Below, piece after piece: positions 28,140-43,104 of a DNA stretch of 64,000 nt. The first letter of the stretch is position 1. The number at the start of each line of letters is the position of its first letter. The notes under the pieces are model-generated. The model was not told the DNA's origin. It did no database searches and was given only the letters and a program-made list of their open reading frames with translations. Source of the DNA: Octopus vulgaris (Eukaryota); the NCBI GenBank assembly GCA_951406725.2, contig OX597822.1, positions 68,200,001-68,264,000 of the forward strand. The letters run 5' to 3'. Made by a program: the position numbers and the translations under genes.

Positions 28140-29270
28140 TACATACATAGATATATAGATATAGATATATATTATGTATATATATATATATGTACATATG
28201 TATGCATGTTTATGTATGTATATGTACGTGTGTATGTATGTATATGTATATACATATACATGTACATGTATAAATATATATATATGTATATATACAAATA
28301 CATTTAATATATTATATATATATATACATTTACAAATACGTATATATAGGCGTGTATGTGTATGAGTGAGAGTCACACTATTTGCCTCTGTGTGCGTATG
28401 TATGTATATATGTATGTATATATGTGTGTATATTTATGTAACATTAAACATTGTGAGATCCAATTTAAGACGAGTGAATCATATTTCCCAGCCAGTATTG
28501 AGTCAGGTATCCCGCTAACCCACACCACCTTCACCTTCAAAAGCAAACCCACTGCTAACAACATTGCCAGTTAGGCCATAACCAACATCATGAACAACAA
28601 CTCGAATATAATATCCAGCAGCACAAGCACGACATAACTATCCAGAACCACAAATACCTACCATCACTAACCTTTTTATTTACCACTACCAACACCACCG
28701 CCTTACCCGGAACCATCAACATCACCAACACCACTTCTGAGTCTAGCATCGCCAACACCAGCTCTATCGAGTACCACTAAAGCCACCAACGTCCACTTCT
28801 TTACGCAACGCCACCTATACCAAAACCACTACCTCATTACCGAGCTCTGTGTTTCTATACAGGGCTACCAACACCACCAAAATCACCAAGCTATCCAGTG
28901 ACACCAACGCCGCCTTTTTATCCAGCATCATCAAAACCACAACAACAACCACCGCCACCACCACCACCTCTCTCTCTCTCTCTCTCTTTCTCTCTCGCCC
29001 TCTGGCACTAGTGACGCTATCTCTTTATCCAGTGCCTCCAATGTTGCCTCTATATCCAGTGCCACCAACACCTCCTTTCTGTCCAGTACCACCAGCGCCA
29101 TCTCTTTAACATCATCTACACCAGCAGTAAACCACCAGTCTCACCATCATCACCGTCGCCACTATCGGGACCACATCTCTACTGATACGCTCTTTCTATC
29201 TCCATCTTTCTTTCTCTTTCGCTCCTTCTCTCTCTTTATCTTTTTTTATCTTTTTTACTATCACATATCC

Positions 29271-30071
29271 TTTTCTACTCTAGGCACAAGGCCCGAATTT
29301 TGGGGGGAAGGGGCCAATCGATTAGATCGACCCCAGTATGCAACTGGTACTTAATTTATCGACCCCGAAAGAGATGAAAGGAAAAGTCGACCTCGGAGGA
29401 ATTTGAACTCAGAACGTTAAGACAAACGAAATACCTATTTCTATTTCTTTACTGCCCACAAGGGGCTATACACAGAGGGGACAAACAAGGACAAACGGAT
29501 TAAGTAGATTATATCGACCCCAGTTCGTAACTGGTACTTATTTAATCGACCCCGAAAGGATGAAAGGCAAAGTCGACCTCGGCGAAATTTTAACTCAGAA
29601 CGTAGCGGCAGACGAAATACCTATTTCTTTATTACCCACAAGGGGCTAAACATAGAGGGGACAAACAAGGACAGACAAACGGATTAAGTCGATTACATCG
29701 AACCCAGTGCGTAACTGTTATTTAATTTATCGACCCCGAAAGGATGAAAGGCAAAGTCGACCTCGGCGGAATTTGAACTCAGAACGTAGCGGCAGACGAA
29801 ATTCCGCTAAGCATTTCTCCCGGCGTGCTAACGTTTCTTATTTCTTTATTGCCTATAAGAGGATAAACATAGAGGGGACGAACAAGGACAGACAAAGGGA
29901 TTAAGTCGATTATATCGACCCCAGTGCGTAACTGGTACTTAATTCATCGACCCTGAAAGGATGAAAGGCAAAGTCGACCTCGGTGGAATTTAAACTCAGA
30001 ACGTAACGGCAGACGAAATACCGCTAAGTATTTCGCCCGGCGAGCTAACGTTTCTGCCAGCTCGCCGCCTT
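29271..30071 (-). mobile_element. Tandem array of four family B SINE units
   Basis: Four copies of the Meta-like core; junctions at about 29435, 29621 and 29838; one complete head at 30071. Confidence 0.93.
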
Positions 30072-30225
30072 TTGACCACCACATATCAAACCACTGCTGT
30101 CAATGCACTACTATAATGCCACGATAGTAAAGGAAGCTTACTTGTAATGTTTCTACCGAGTAGAAATATCAGCTAAAAGTCCTTAGCAAAATGGACACCT
30201 TGAATAAGGTAGTTCTTAGCACACT

Positions 30226-30542
30226 GGCATATTCGGCTACGACGACGAATGGTCCAGATGGTCCTATCAACGGAACAGCCTGCTCGTGAAATTAATGTGC
30301 AGGTGGCTGAGCACTCCACAGACACGCGTACCCTTAATGTAGTTCTCGGAGAGATTCAGCGTGACACAGAATGTAACAAGACCAGCCCTTTGTAATACGT
30401 GTACAACTAATTTTTGCCAGCTGAGTAGACTGGAGCAACATGAAATAAAATGTCTTGCTCAAGGATACAACGCACCACCAGGAATCGAACTCATGACCTT
30501 ACGATCGAGAGCCAAATACCCTAACCACTAAGTCACGTGCCT
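30226..30542 (-). mobile_element. SINE family D head with module E tail
   Basis: Colinear reverse complement of 18255-18862 without the MITE. Confidence 0.85.
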
Positions 30543-31194
30543 TCACTCTTAGTACAATACGTCTGAAGAAAATAGTGGATAATAGGTGACAGTTTACAGT
30601 TGCAGCACTTTTGTTCATAGTCAACTGGAATTATAACTAAATTGGTGCTAAACAACAACAACATCAATAATAAACACTCATCGCCATCAGATACAGAGAA
30701 GGCGTCTATTATGAACATTCGATCTGATAGAAATAGCAACCTAGTATTGTTCGATTCACGCACAGTCGGAAGGCTACCTCGGATATTGTAGTCCCTTGAT
30801 ACATTCGTCATCAGTAGCAGGCAGCTACAATCTTCATCCACTCATTGCAGGTTTCTGAACCAACATTGGCCCTATTGTTGAATTATCGGATTTTTTTTTT
30901 TTTTTTTTTTTTTTGTTTCATTGGCAGAGTTTGAACTCAGAGCGCCGAGAACCAGAAAAAAATATCATTAAGCATCTTGTCCGGTCCCCTAACAATCTCT
31001 CAATCAACTTTTCTCGAATGTTAATTTCTTTACTGATATCAAGCGAGCACTAATCGGGAAGACCGCGAATTCCCTGTCTTTGTTTTTTAATTGTATTTTT
31101 GCTACCTGCTTTGTTGAGAATGATGAAAGAGTATTGGCCATGATCTTTACAGTCTCTTGGAGATGCTATTAATTTCCGTTTGGGTAGTCCACAT

Positions 31195-31430
31195 TAACTC
31201 GTAAGGAGCATAGGGCTGGTTTCCTGGTTTCTCTAGTGTATATATATATATATATATTCTTAACTGGACAGGATACGAGTCCGTCGCAGGATTTCATATT
31301 CTTACCAAGTGAGTGAACTGGAGCAACGTGAAATGAAGTGTTTGGTTCTAGAACACAACGCATCGCCCGGTCCAGGAATCGAAACTACAATCTTACGATC
31401 ATGAGTACATCCTAGCCACTAAGCCACGCG
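31195..31430 (-). mobile_element. SINE family D, V-domain-like tail
   Basis: Minus strand GTGGCTTAGTGG...GTTTCGATTCC...CCTGCGACGGAC; sister copy on + at 32216-32375. Confidence 0.8.
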
Positions 31431-31879
31431 ATTCTACAAAATCTTCCGTTTACACTCATGTAAATTACCACTTGCAGATGTGAGAAGGGATAAGATTGCA
31501 GATGGCCGACATTTTGTAATGGAACAACAGGGCATAGTAAAGACCGCAAGGTAAGGAAAAGGAGAGGACAAGAGATAATGAGTCGGGATGCCTCGGGGAT
31601 TGAAGTATGAAACCAGCCACCTACATACCATAGATTATTGCCAGTTACGGTAACAGAGTTATTCTCTATATTTTTCTACATTTATCTCACAGCATTGTAG
31701 ATATAGTATGGTTAAATAATGAAGTGAAGCGTGACATGTTAATGTCTAGTGAGATCGTTGGACAAACTGTAGAAATTTCACAACCACAATCTCACTTAGA
31801 CATCGACTAGCCACGGTTTACTGCTTTATCAAGGAGTTTTCGACTTGCTCTTTTTCTACTACCTGTCCTTTTGCTTGAA

Positions 31880-32130
31880 TGGTTGGGTAGGTTCTTGCAT
31901 GTTGATGCTTACTGGTGTTTGTTGATGCTTATTGTTAAGCCTTCGCTCAAAGTTAGAACCCTTTTCCCATATGCGTTAGGAAAAACGTTAGTAATTTACT
32001 GAGAATCTCAGTAACTGTCGTCTTATCTGCGTACTGAAGTTCAATTGCTGATGCTGTCGTGGACTTTGCTCTAGCTCGGGGCTGTCAGGGTTGAATAGAT
32101 TAACATCTGAGGCGAGTATTCCCATACTAA
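31880..32130 (-). mobile_element. RTE-type LINE RT remnant, highly decayed
   Basis: Minus strand gives SDVNLFNP, RARAKSTTASAIELQYAD (ELQYAD at 32025-32042) and GLTISINK, resembling RTE/Bov-B RT motifs. Confidence 0.55.
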
Positions 32131-32765
32131 ACGCGAGCAGAACTGAAACGAAGGGGGTAAAAAGCCTAGCATCATAATAACTATATATTCTTTTCAGGCG
32201 TATATATATTCCTGTCTGGCTTAGTGGTTAGGGTGTTGGACTCCTGATCGTAAGATTGTGGTTTCTATTCCCGGACCAGACTTCATTTTACGTTGCTCCA
32301 GTTCACTCACTTGGGAAAAATGAGAAATCCTGCGACGGACCGCTGTCCTGCCCAGGGAAGATTATAAATACGCCATAAAAATTATTTTCAACTCAAATTT
32401 CAAACTAATCTGTTTTAGAAAACGGATTTCGGATTTTGGGCTTCATGTTTTCATACAGACATTGCGTGAATGCAATGAATTTTTGTGGAAAGCCATAATA
32501 GGCTTTCAATGGGCTTTAGGGTTTTCGGAATCAAAGGCCTTGATGAGGTCAAAAAAAGCCAATGGAAAATATTGCGTTAGCCACAGTATATTTTCCGTTG
32601 ATGGAGAACGCATATAATCGTTATGGATAGTATCTCTGGAAGAACGAAAACCATATTGATATTAGGAAAGATGTGTCTCCGATCGTGTAAGAAGGTAGTT
32701 TATGTGTGTGCACGCGTTTATATACGTCTGTGTGTGTGGATGTTTTGTGTATGTATTCGCTAATG

Positions 32766-32797
<32 letters not shown>

Positions 32798-32923
32798 TAT
32801 CACATAAATATGTAAATATATAGTCATATGTAAGCGTTTATGTATAAATATATATCTCGTATATAGATAGATAGACAAATAGATAGATAGATAGATACAT
32901 ACATACATACATACATACATACA

Positions 32924-32957
<34 letters not shown>

Positions 32958-33447
32958 CATACATTCACCAATACCTAACAGATATCAGAAATCAGACACA
33001 TATTCGCAAACACTTTTCCACCCCTCAAGAGAGGTGCGTTGACATCACGTGATTTTCATTTGTAGACGCCATTACAATATTATCAAGTGTACCCCGCAGT
33101 GATTTTAGTAACGAACAACGTAAAATATCTATTTTTTAAATTACTTCGTCACTGCTTTCTAATAATAATTTGACAACAGACATATATAATGTATATCCCG
33201 CAGGTCATACAGCCTTTCTTATGCCAAATTAACATGCGTATATATGTATATATATATATATATATAAATGCTTATATATTATATATATATATATAGTATT
33301 ATATTTTATATATATATATATATTTAAAATGTAGATATTTTATACGTGCGCATATATTCATATATATAGATGTTTGATAGATAGGTAGAAATATATAAAT
33401 AGAAAAATAGATAACACAGATATATATACACATATATGAATAGGTAA

Positions 33448-33488
<41 letters not shown>

Positions 33489-33560
33489 TAAATATGTAAA
33501 TATATACATACATATATATATACGTATATATATATATGTATGTGTATATATATGTATACA

Positions 33561-33603
<43 letters not shown>

Positions 33604-33707
33604 GTATATATGTATATGTATATGTCTATATATATATGTATGTATGCGTGTATATATATGTATATATATATGTATGTATATATGTACATATATGTGCATG
33701 TATGCAA

Positions 33708-33742
<35 letters not shown>

Positions 33743-33925
33743 TGTATGTATGTATGTATGGATGGATGTATGTATGTATGTATGTGTGTGTGTATGTATG
33801 TATGTATCGAGAGAGTTTCTACGTAACTGTGCGTTGAATAATGGGAGGAGTGGCTGCGTGTGTTGATAATTATAGAATAATATAAGATATACATACATGA
33901 ATATATTTGATATATATGGATACAT

Positions 33926-33987
<62 letters not shown>

Positions 33988-34174
33988 ACAAATATATACA
34001 TATATTTATATACAAAAAAAAACATGTACGCGCACGTATGTGTGCGTGTGTATACACATATACCAGTAAAGACACTTTGAAGGCCATATTTCCCATACTT
34101 CCTCCCACACATTAATAGTATACTCCATACACACTTACATACGTGTGTATGAATATAAATGACTCTGTGTGTTT

Positions 34175-34212
<38 letters not shown>

Positions 34213-34290
34213 GCAGATACACAAAAAGAAAAATGAAAGACAAAGAATTCAGCTATCTTTATATATATCCCACTGATTAAAGAACATTGT

Positions 34291-34357
<67 letters not shown>

Positions 34358-34378
34358 ATATATGTATGAATATATATA

Positions 34379-34447
<69 letters not shown>

Positions 34448-35157
34448 TATATATATATTTATTTATTTATATTTATATTTATATATATCATATATATATA
34501 TATATCATATATAAACATCTATCTGATATATTCATATACAAATACATGCATGGGTACTTAGATACACACACACACACACACACATATGTATGTGTGTGTG
34601 TGTGCAAATATAACTAATATATATGTGCGTGTATATGTTTGTATGTGTGCGTGCGTGCATATGTGTGTGTGTGTACGCGCGTGTGTGTAGAGGGAGAGAG
34701 AGGGTGATGACTTCCCTCCTACATCTTCTCTTCTCTTCTTAAAGAACTCGGGTGATTTGTATTCGTTTTAGCTGACGGCCCTTATTTTATTCCCAGTAAG
34801 GGAATAAACAGTATGAGAAAGTTCATTTGAATTATCTCCCTATCTGTTGCTGATTTTTTCCATTTCTATATCTGAGGGACCTTTTAACCCCTACAGCTAA
34901 GAAGGAAACTAACACCGCTGTCGCCCTTTTTCAAACTCCTCCTTTCCGTTTTTACCTGTATCCTCTCTTTTCTCTCCCTCTCTCTCTCTCCATCTTTCTC
35001 GGTACCTCAATTTCTGTCTCTGTGTATTTCTTTCCTCTCACGTTCACTCTCACTTTCTCTCTCTTTCTCTCTTTTTCTCTCCCCCCCCCTCTCTCTCTCT
35101 CTCTCTTTCTCTTTGTCTCTATATTTTTATCCCTTCCCAAGAAAGTCTTCAATTATT

Positions 35158-35524
35158 CTCTACTCTTTTACTTGTTCCAGTCAGTTGAAAGCGGCCATGT
35201 TGGAACACCGCCTTTAGTCGAGCAAATCGACCCCAGGACTTATTCTTTGTAAGCCTAGTACTTATTCTATCGGATCTCTTTTGCCGAACCGCTAAGTTAC
35301 GGGGACGTAAACACACCAGCATCGGTTGTCAAGCGATGTTGGGGGGACAAACACTATGTAAAATGTTAGAGAAAGAAACCTAGTTGTTTCTTACAATACA
35401 TACTAATACATACGTCTAGATGAAAATTTTTTCAAGGAGCCTTTATTAACTATTTTGTTAAATGGGCCCCTAAAATTTTTATATGGACCCCAGGGGCCAT
35501 ATAGACCTCGGTTAAGAATCACTG
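35158..35524. mobile_element. SINE family A 3' part (minus) abutting a hAT MITE end
   Basis: Family A tail 35158-35352, then sequence ending GGTTAAGAATCACTG followed by the Charlie-type target GTCTAGAA. Confidence 0.7.
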
Positions 35525-35973
35525 GTCTAGAATCTTTCAATGTGATGCCCTGACATGGCCGCAATCCAAGAATGACACAAGTAATGCAATTACAGGATAT
35601 TCCTAATTACTTCCAATTATATGCCATCATCATCTACAGAACCATCAGCCGCTGGAGTGTGGGTGGGTCCCCCATCCGGTCAGTTGAGCATTAATTATGT
35701 CAGTAGTGTCTCGTATACTTTACGACATTGCAGACACAAAAAGAAACCTTCCACCAGCTTCTCACAGCGCAGCTGCCAAACCAATTCATATAAGTTTTAT
35801 TATTCTGTAATTCAGTTATTCTGTTATCGGTTTTAGCCAGAGGCTGTTGCTATACTTTTGGCATCACCATTAGTGCAAATGCTTGATTATTTTAGAGAAA
35901 CTATAGAAACAAATTGTATGTTTATGGGCAGAAGTCCTGAAATTTCGGGAGCAGAAGTTAATCCCACCAGCTT

Positions 35974-36654
35974 TTAATTACCTCCGGCTTAGCATAATGT
36001 TTTCAGTCGCGTTTGTTTGTTTGCTCGTTTGTCTGTGGAGAAAATATCTCAAGAATCGTTGAATGGATTCGGATGAAACTTTTAGAGATGTTTGGCCTTG
36101 TAACTGGCACGAACTGATTAGATTTTGGGATCGATCCGGTACCGGACAAGGATTCTGGAGTAATTTTCCTGTTTTTTTTTTACTTAATTTTTGAGAGTGG
36201 TCGGATTCATATTTAGTATTCTTGTTTGTGAGAGCAGTCGATTTTATTTCAGATTCTGGATTAGTTTCTATATTTACTTTAATTTACATGATTACAATCT
36301 TACGTTAACTTTCAAGTCTTTCTCAATTATATCCCTTTAGACTGTAACTATTTTGAATGGTGAATTTGTTAACTTTGGCTTGTATTAGATAAAGTTAAAC
36401 TATTTATTGCTGTTATTAAATTTTCTACAGCCACCTTCACATTCCATGACTAGCATTGGGATCAACCAGGATTCTGGATTCTTTTTTTCTTTTTTTTTCA
36501 CTTAATTTTTGAGAGTGGTCGGGTTCATTTTTAGTATTCTTGTTTGTGAGAGTAGTTTCAGATATTCTCATTTTAAAAATCATCTCCAGCTAATCGTTGA
36601 GAGGACGTTGGTGTTGCCTTGGCGGAGGTTTGCCCTCTCTGAGTGCTCTTGTTT
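35974..36654 (+). mobile_element. Helentron-associated non-autonomous element (HINE/DINE-1-like)
   Basis: Subterminal inverted repeats ACCTCCGGC and GGCGGAGGT, (GTTT)n after the 5' repeat, 3' hairpin GCCCTC-TCT-GAGTGC, T-rich ends, internal 90-bp direct repeat (36149-36240, 36468-36560). Confidence 0.8.
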
Positions 36655-36659
36655 GCATT

Positions 36660-37250
36660 TATTTTAGTGTATCAACCCCGAAAGTATGAAAAGCAAACCC
36701 GCCTCGGCTGGATCTGAATTTAGAATATAAAAGGCAAGGGGCTAATCGATTATACTGACCACAGCAGCTCTTAGTTTGTCGAAGTTTTTAGTTTACAGGT
36801 ACTTTATTTTATCGACCTCAAAAGAATGAAAAGCAGAACTGGGCTCGGTTGGATTTCAACTAAGAATGTAAAGAGGGAGGGACTTATCGATTAAACTGAC
36901 CCCACTAGCTTTTAGTTTGTCGAAATTTTTTATGTACTTTAGTTTATCGACCCCAGAAGGATAAAAAGTAAAGCCGATCTCAGCTGGAGTTTAACTCAGA
37001 ATGTAAAGAACCGTAACGTTTTAAATATCTCAAATCATTTTGTCCGATTGTTTAATAACTCTGCTAATTTGTCAAGAGAGGGAGGGAGAGAGAGAACAGA
37101 ACCAGCATTCGTAGCATGAGACTGGTTTTTATTTATTGATCTTAAGGGTATGAAAAGCACAGTTGGCCTCGGTATGATTTGAACTCAAGGTACAGAATCC
37201 AAATACCGTAAGATATTTTATCCAATACTCCAACGAGCATTTCGTTGCTT
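36660..37250 (-). mobile_element. Old tandem family B SINE units
   Basis: Four degenerate ATCGACCCC..GAAAGGATGAAA..GAACTCAG cores. Confidence 0.7.
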
Positions 37251-37499
37251 GTTGAGTAACATATTTACACCATCAGAATGTATCATTGCCTCATCTGTCA
37301 TTCAAACCAGGGCACAGAGTCACCTTCGTATCACCTCTGCATCACCTTCGCGGCACCTCTGCGTCACTTCTGTGTTTATCCTTTTCGCAGACAAAAGAAA
37401 AATAATAGAAAGACAAATATAAACAAGACAAAAGGTAAAAAAAAAAAGCAAAATATTGGTGCTAATTATTTCATGCGAATTATTGTCATTTTGTGATTG

Positions 37500-38062
37500 C
37501 GTTGTTATTGTTATTGTTGTTGTGCTGCTGTTGTTGTTGTTGTTGTTCGTTCTTGTTGTTGTTGTTCTTGTTGTTGTGGTTCTTGTTGTTGTTGATGTTG
37601 TCGTCACATCTTGTCTTCGTCACCATTTCCTCATCCAAAACTGCTGCTTCTGTTACATCTTCCGTTAACATAAACCAACACCACCAACACCATCGACACC
37701 ACCACAGCCACTGACATCATCATCACTACCGTCGTCCCCACCGTCACCACTGCCAGCAACACCACAACAACCACTGCCGCCGCTACTACTGCTGCCACCA
37801 CCATCATCGCCACCACCGTCGCCGCCACCACCGTCGCCGCCACCACCGCCGCCACCGCCGCCGCTGCCACTGCTGTTGCTATCACCATCAGGGCCAATAC
37901 CACCATCACCACTACTATCACCACCGCCATCATTCCCACTGCCACCGTTGCCGCCGCCGCCACCGTCCGTGGTGGTGGAGGAGGAGGAGAAGGAGGAGGA
38001 GGGAAGGTGGGAGAGCAGTGGTAGTGGTGGTGGTGGTGGTCGTCGTCGTCGTAGTGGTCGTG

Positions 38063-38111
<49 letters not shown>

Positions 38112-38370
38112 AGGACGACGACGGCGACGAAAGTGATGATGATGATGATGATGACGATGACAATGGCGAAGACATGGTGAAGACGACGGCGAAGACAACG
38201 GCGAAGACAACGGCGAAAACGACAATGACGTTGACGACAATGACTACCACGACAGCGATGACAATGATGATGATGATGGTGATGACAATGATGATGACAA
38301 TGATGATGATGACGACGACGACGACGACGACGATGAGGATGATGGTGATGATGATGACGACGGTGATGAC

Positions 38371-38426
<56 letters not shown>

Positions 38427-38540
38427 CGACGATGATGATGATGATGATGATGATGATGATATCGACGAAGACAATGGCGAAGATGATCATCATCATCATA
38501 ATCATGATGAAAACAAAGAAAAGAAGGAGGATAACTTGAA
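37500..38540. repeat. Compound trinucleotide field (GTT, CCA/CCG, GGT/GTA, GAT/GAC)
   Basis: Directly visible. Confidence 0.95.
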
Positions 38541-38653
38541 CAACAACAACTGCAGCGTTCTCAACAACACTAATGTTATAATTGCTCAAAATCCAATCTG
38601 CTTTCTGTATAGTTGTTAATTAATTGCTATTCTGAGTAGGATTACCAGTTACG

Positions 38654-38743
38654 AACTAAGTTCCTACGCACGTTTCACCATTATGCGTATTAAAAGCCGT
38701 GTAGTAGATGTTGAAAATGCTCAACCTTCCTCAGAGAACAGTT
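38654..38743 (-). ncRNA. Hammerhead-like motif with enlarged (about 51 nt) stem II region
   Basis: Minus strand: AACT GTTCT-CTGAGGA-N51-GAAA-C gtgc G-TA-GGAAC tt AGTT. Core intact, bulged 9-bp stem I, GUA site; stem II pairing imperfect. Confidence 0.55.
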
Positions 38744-38744
38744 T

Positions 38745-38803
<59 letters not shown>

Positions 38804-39141
38804 TAGAAGATAGAACTTCAGACAATGTTCCTCGTGGCCTAACTTCGGCTGATTGTCTTTTAAATATCAGCAACGAAAAACTCGCGTTAATAATTTTTGA
38901 AGTTTCAGTATTCAATAAGTTATACATAACTCTTATTTCTGTCTTCAATGCAACCCTTTTCTTCTGCTTGTTTACACTTAAGTGTTCGTTCTATGTATGT
39001 ATGTATGAATGTATGTATGTATGTATGTATGTATGTATGTATGTATGTATGTATGTATGTATGTATGTATGTATGTATGCATGTTTGCATGTATGCATGT
39101 ATGCATGTATGCACATAATGTATAGTAATAGAAAGATAGAT

Positions 39142-39187
<46 letters not shown>

Positions 39188-39196
39188 GTAGGTAGG

Positions 39197-39277
<81 letters not shown>

Positions 39278-39894
39278 GTACATACATGCATGCACAGGTA
39301 TATATTTATATACGTATGTATCTCTCGCACACGCACACAAACATACACACACGCACGCATATTCCACAACCAAACCTACGCACGCACACACACACACACG
39401 CACACACACACAGACACATACGCGCGCATACATTCACGCACGATTAGAATGTGTTTATGGTTCTACGCACGCAATACGCATTCAATACACATTTTCTGGG
39501 ACGTACATAGCGTTTATATATAAATATTTTAGAAACTAAATCCGGTATCCGGATTGATATTCAATCCACATAGATATTGATGATTCTTCTTTGACGTCGA
39601 GGTTCCGCTTAAGATCTGATTCTGATTATGGTAAATAAAGAATGGCGTAAGAAATATGGCTTTAGACTATCTCAAATCCATTTCCAGTGGATTGTTCGAT
39701 CAGCTAATAACCCATATTGACCGATGGTAATATTTCAAAAATACTAGAATCGTGTATATCAGAATTGATACGGAGCTTGACAAAATACTTTTCTGTACTT
39801 ATCTATGTTCTTTTCACGATTTAAGTTCAAATCCTATCAAAATTAATTACGTCTTTTATCCTTTCGGGGTCGATACTACACGAGAACAATTAAA

Positions 39895-40060
39895 AACGGG
39901 AAATTACCGGCGGTAAGGAAATAATGCGTTCCAGAAAAGGTTGCTGTGACGCGAAATCTTGTAACATGAAATTAATTTTCATTTTATAAAGTGATAATAC
40001 GTTCCCAGGGATTTTTCTTGAAAGAAAACCGACAAAACAACCAAGAAAAATATACAACTT
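39895..40060 (+). mobile_element. Tc1/pogo-like MITE fragment; related copy inverted at about 47200-47408
   Basis: CGGGAAATTACCGGCGGTAAGGAAATAATGCGTTC...TTATAAAGTGATAAT matches the reverse complement of ATTATCACTTTATAA...GAACGCATCATTTCTTTAACGCGGACTATTCCCG|TA. Confidence 0.6.
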
Positions 40061-40192
40061 ATCACTTTTATGTAGAGGAATATTTTCTAAAACTACAGTG
40101 AGGTACCTGGGGCATGTCTCCTAGACTCGGTCCGACCAAAGGCTTGTGAGTGGATTTGGTAGATGGAAAATGAAAGAGGTTTCTTATATATA

Positions 40193-40815
40193 CGAGGTCT
40201 GATCAATAGTATCCGGACAGTTGCAATAGCAACGAAGCTAAAGCACGTAGAGTAAAGCTGCTTGGCACAGATTGACTATGAACTCTCCTGTGTCTGTGCA
40301 TTACGTTTTAGCATTCTAGCTCACTTCCGCTGTTTGCAGCAGTGCTTGGAAGGAAGGTGTGTAGCGTGTGATCGTTGCATTGACCATGACAGAGGAAGTT
40401 GTCATGGCGATACCTGCTCAGAGACCTACGCAAAGTTGCAGAAAGTGCATAGAGAGGAGGGTATGAGCCACACACAAGTATACGAGTGGTTCAGACGTTT
40501 CCAAGATGGCAGAAAAATGTTAATATTGACGAACGTTCTGGGAGACCCGCAACCAGCAGAACTAAGAAAATCATCACCGGTGTGCGTGCAGCTGAGAGGG
40601 GAAATCATCGAATTGCCATCCGTAAGTTATCAGATTATGTTCAGATTTATTACCATTCAGTTCAGTCCTTTATCACTGAAGATTTGGGTGAGACGCGTGT
40701 CAGCCAAGTTTGTGCTAAAACTGCTTTCAGCTGACCACAAAGACACTCGGGTTTCTGTTGCACAATATCTATTTGATTGCACCGCGAACGATGAATACTT
40801 TTTGAAAATTTTGCG
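40193..40815 (+). mobile_element. Mariner 5' half (TIR and HTH region), truncated
   Basis: TA|CGAGGTCTGATCAATAGTATCCGGAC start; QVYEWFRRFQDG, IDERSGRP and RRVSAKFVLKLLS across frames. Confidence 0.9.
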
Positions 40816-40954
40816 TAGATCGACTTTACTTTTCATCTTTTCGGGGTCGATTAATTAAGTACCAATTGCGTACTGGGGTCGATCAAACGACTGGCACTCT
40901 CCCCAAAACTTTGGAGCCTTGTGCCTAAAGTAGACAAGAATATTTCAGCGTTTG

Positions 40955-41490
40955 TAAGGCGGCGAGCAGGCAGAAACGTTAGCACACCGAGCGAAAAGCT
41001 CAGCGGTATTTCATCTGTCTTTATGTTCTGAGTTCAAACTCCGCCGAGGTCGACTTTGCCTTTCATCCTTTCGAGGTCGATAAATTAAGTACCAGTTGCG
41101 TACTGGAGTCGATCTAATCGACTGGCCTCCTACCCCAAAATTTTAGGCCTTGTGCCTAGAGTAGAAAAGAGCATTTACTTGAACGGTAAAGGACTTAGTC
41201 AAAAATTGTTTTAGATACACGCGCGTCCGTGTGTGTGCGCGTAAACATACGTATGACTAACATTACATAAAATAATTTTTTCTACTATGGGCACAAAGCC
41301 TGAAATTTTAGAGAGGGGTTTAGTCGTTTACATAGACCCCAGTATACATCTGGTACTAATTTTAGCGACTCCGAGCGCATGAAAGGCAGAGTCGACCTCG
41401 GTTGAATTTGAACTCAGAACGTAAGAACGGACGAAATGACTCTAAGTATTTTACCCTGCGCGCTAACGATTCTGCCAGCTCGCCGCCTTA
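40955..41490. mobile_element. Two family B SINE monomers, + (40955-41170) and - (41280-41490)
   Basis: TAAGGCGGCGAGC heads; GCCTTTCATCCTTTCGAGGTCGATAAATTAAGTACC core. Confidence 0.88.
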
Positions 41491-41771
41491 TCATTACATA
41501 AATTAATGCCATGACGGTTACAAGTTTTGACGTTTCTGACAAAGTCCTTCTTCATTGAAGAGGAAACTTTTGGCGCGTATTTCACAACAGTTATAACAAA
41601 ATGTTTCCTCTCTTTTAAGCTGGTCTTTCTGAGGAACACCAGAAATTACACGGACACACAAACACATACACACATTCACACTCCCCGACGCGACACCGTA
41701 ACTTTCTTTTTTATGAAGAAATGGAACTTTTTGCTGACACAAACGAACGCATGCCAGCCTCTTTGAATTCC

Positions 41772-41810
<39 letters not shown>

Positions 41811-41858
41811 AACCTTTATTCCATCATATGCATGCATATATACGTGTGTGTGTATATA

Positions 41859-41901
<43 letters not shown>

Positions 41902-42218
41902 CATATATATATGTGTATAGGTATGTATGTATACACATACATATATACATGAAAATGTCTACGTTAATTTATATATGCATATATGTACATACATGTGTAT
42001 GTACATATATGTATGTGTGTGTGTGTGCATGTGTGCGTGTCTGTAGAAAAGAACAAGAGAAAGAGAGAGAGAAAGAACAATGAAAAGATACACATAAAGA
42101 GAGATATCAAAACGAGGCGAGAAATTTAAATGAAAAAAAAGATATAAAAAGACATAGTTGCACATGAAATATAGGACACACAGGCTTTAAAACGTACATA
42201 TACACGCATAGAGACATA

Positions 42219-42720
<502 letters not shown>

Positions 42721-42980
42721 CAACGACAAAAATATTCGAAGTTAAGTGTTAAAGTAAAATTTACAAAACAATAATGTAATGAAAGTAATAAAAAAAATTA
42801 TTCACAAAATAAATAATATTGAAAAAGAGATATATCTGATAGAAATATTTTTTTGAAGAAAAATTGTAAAAATGAATATAAATTATAGAGCTTAAAGCGG
42901 AATTGTAATTTATTTGTTGAAAAGTATGTAGTGATCTTTCTGGAATTGTGAGCAACGATGATTGTGTTTGCGCTTTTATA

Positions 42981-43104
<124 letters not shown>

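Noticed and set aside
29271-30071. CRISPR-like regular repeats
   Set aside because: Units are whole 180-230 bp SINE copies with no unique spacers and no cas genes; eukaryotic context.
30533-30841. 102-aa non-repetitive ORF
   Set aside because: No recognisable motif, starts at a non-ATG codon and runs into a SINE head.
37631-38240. Gly/Ala/Pro-rich ORFs resembling transcription-factor low-complexity regions
   Set aside because: Imperfect CCA/CCG/GGT repeats continuous with neighbouring microsatellites; no domain or splice support.
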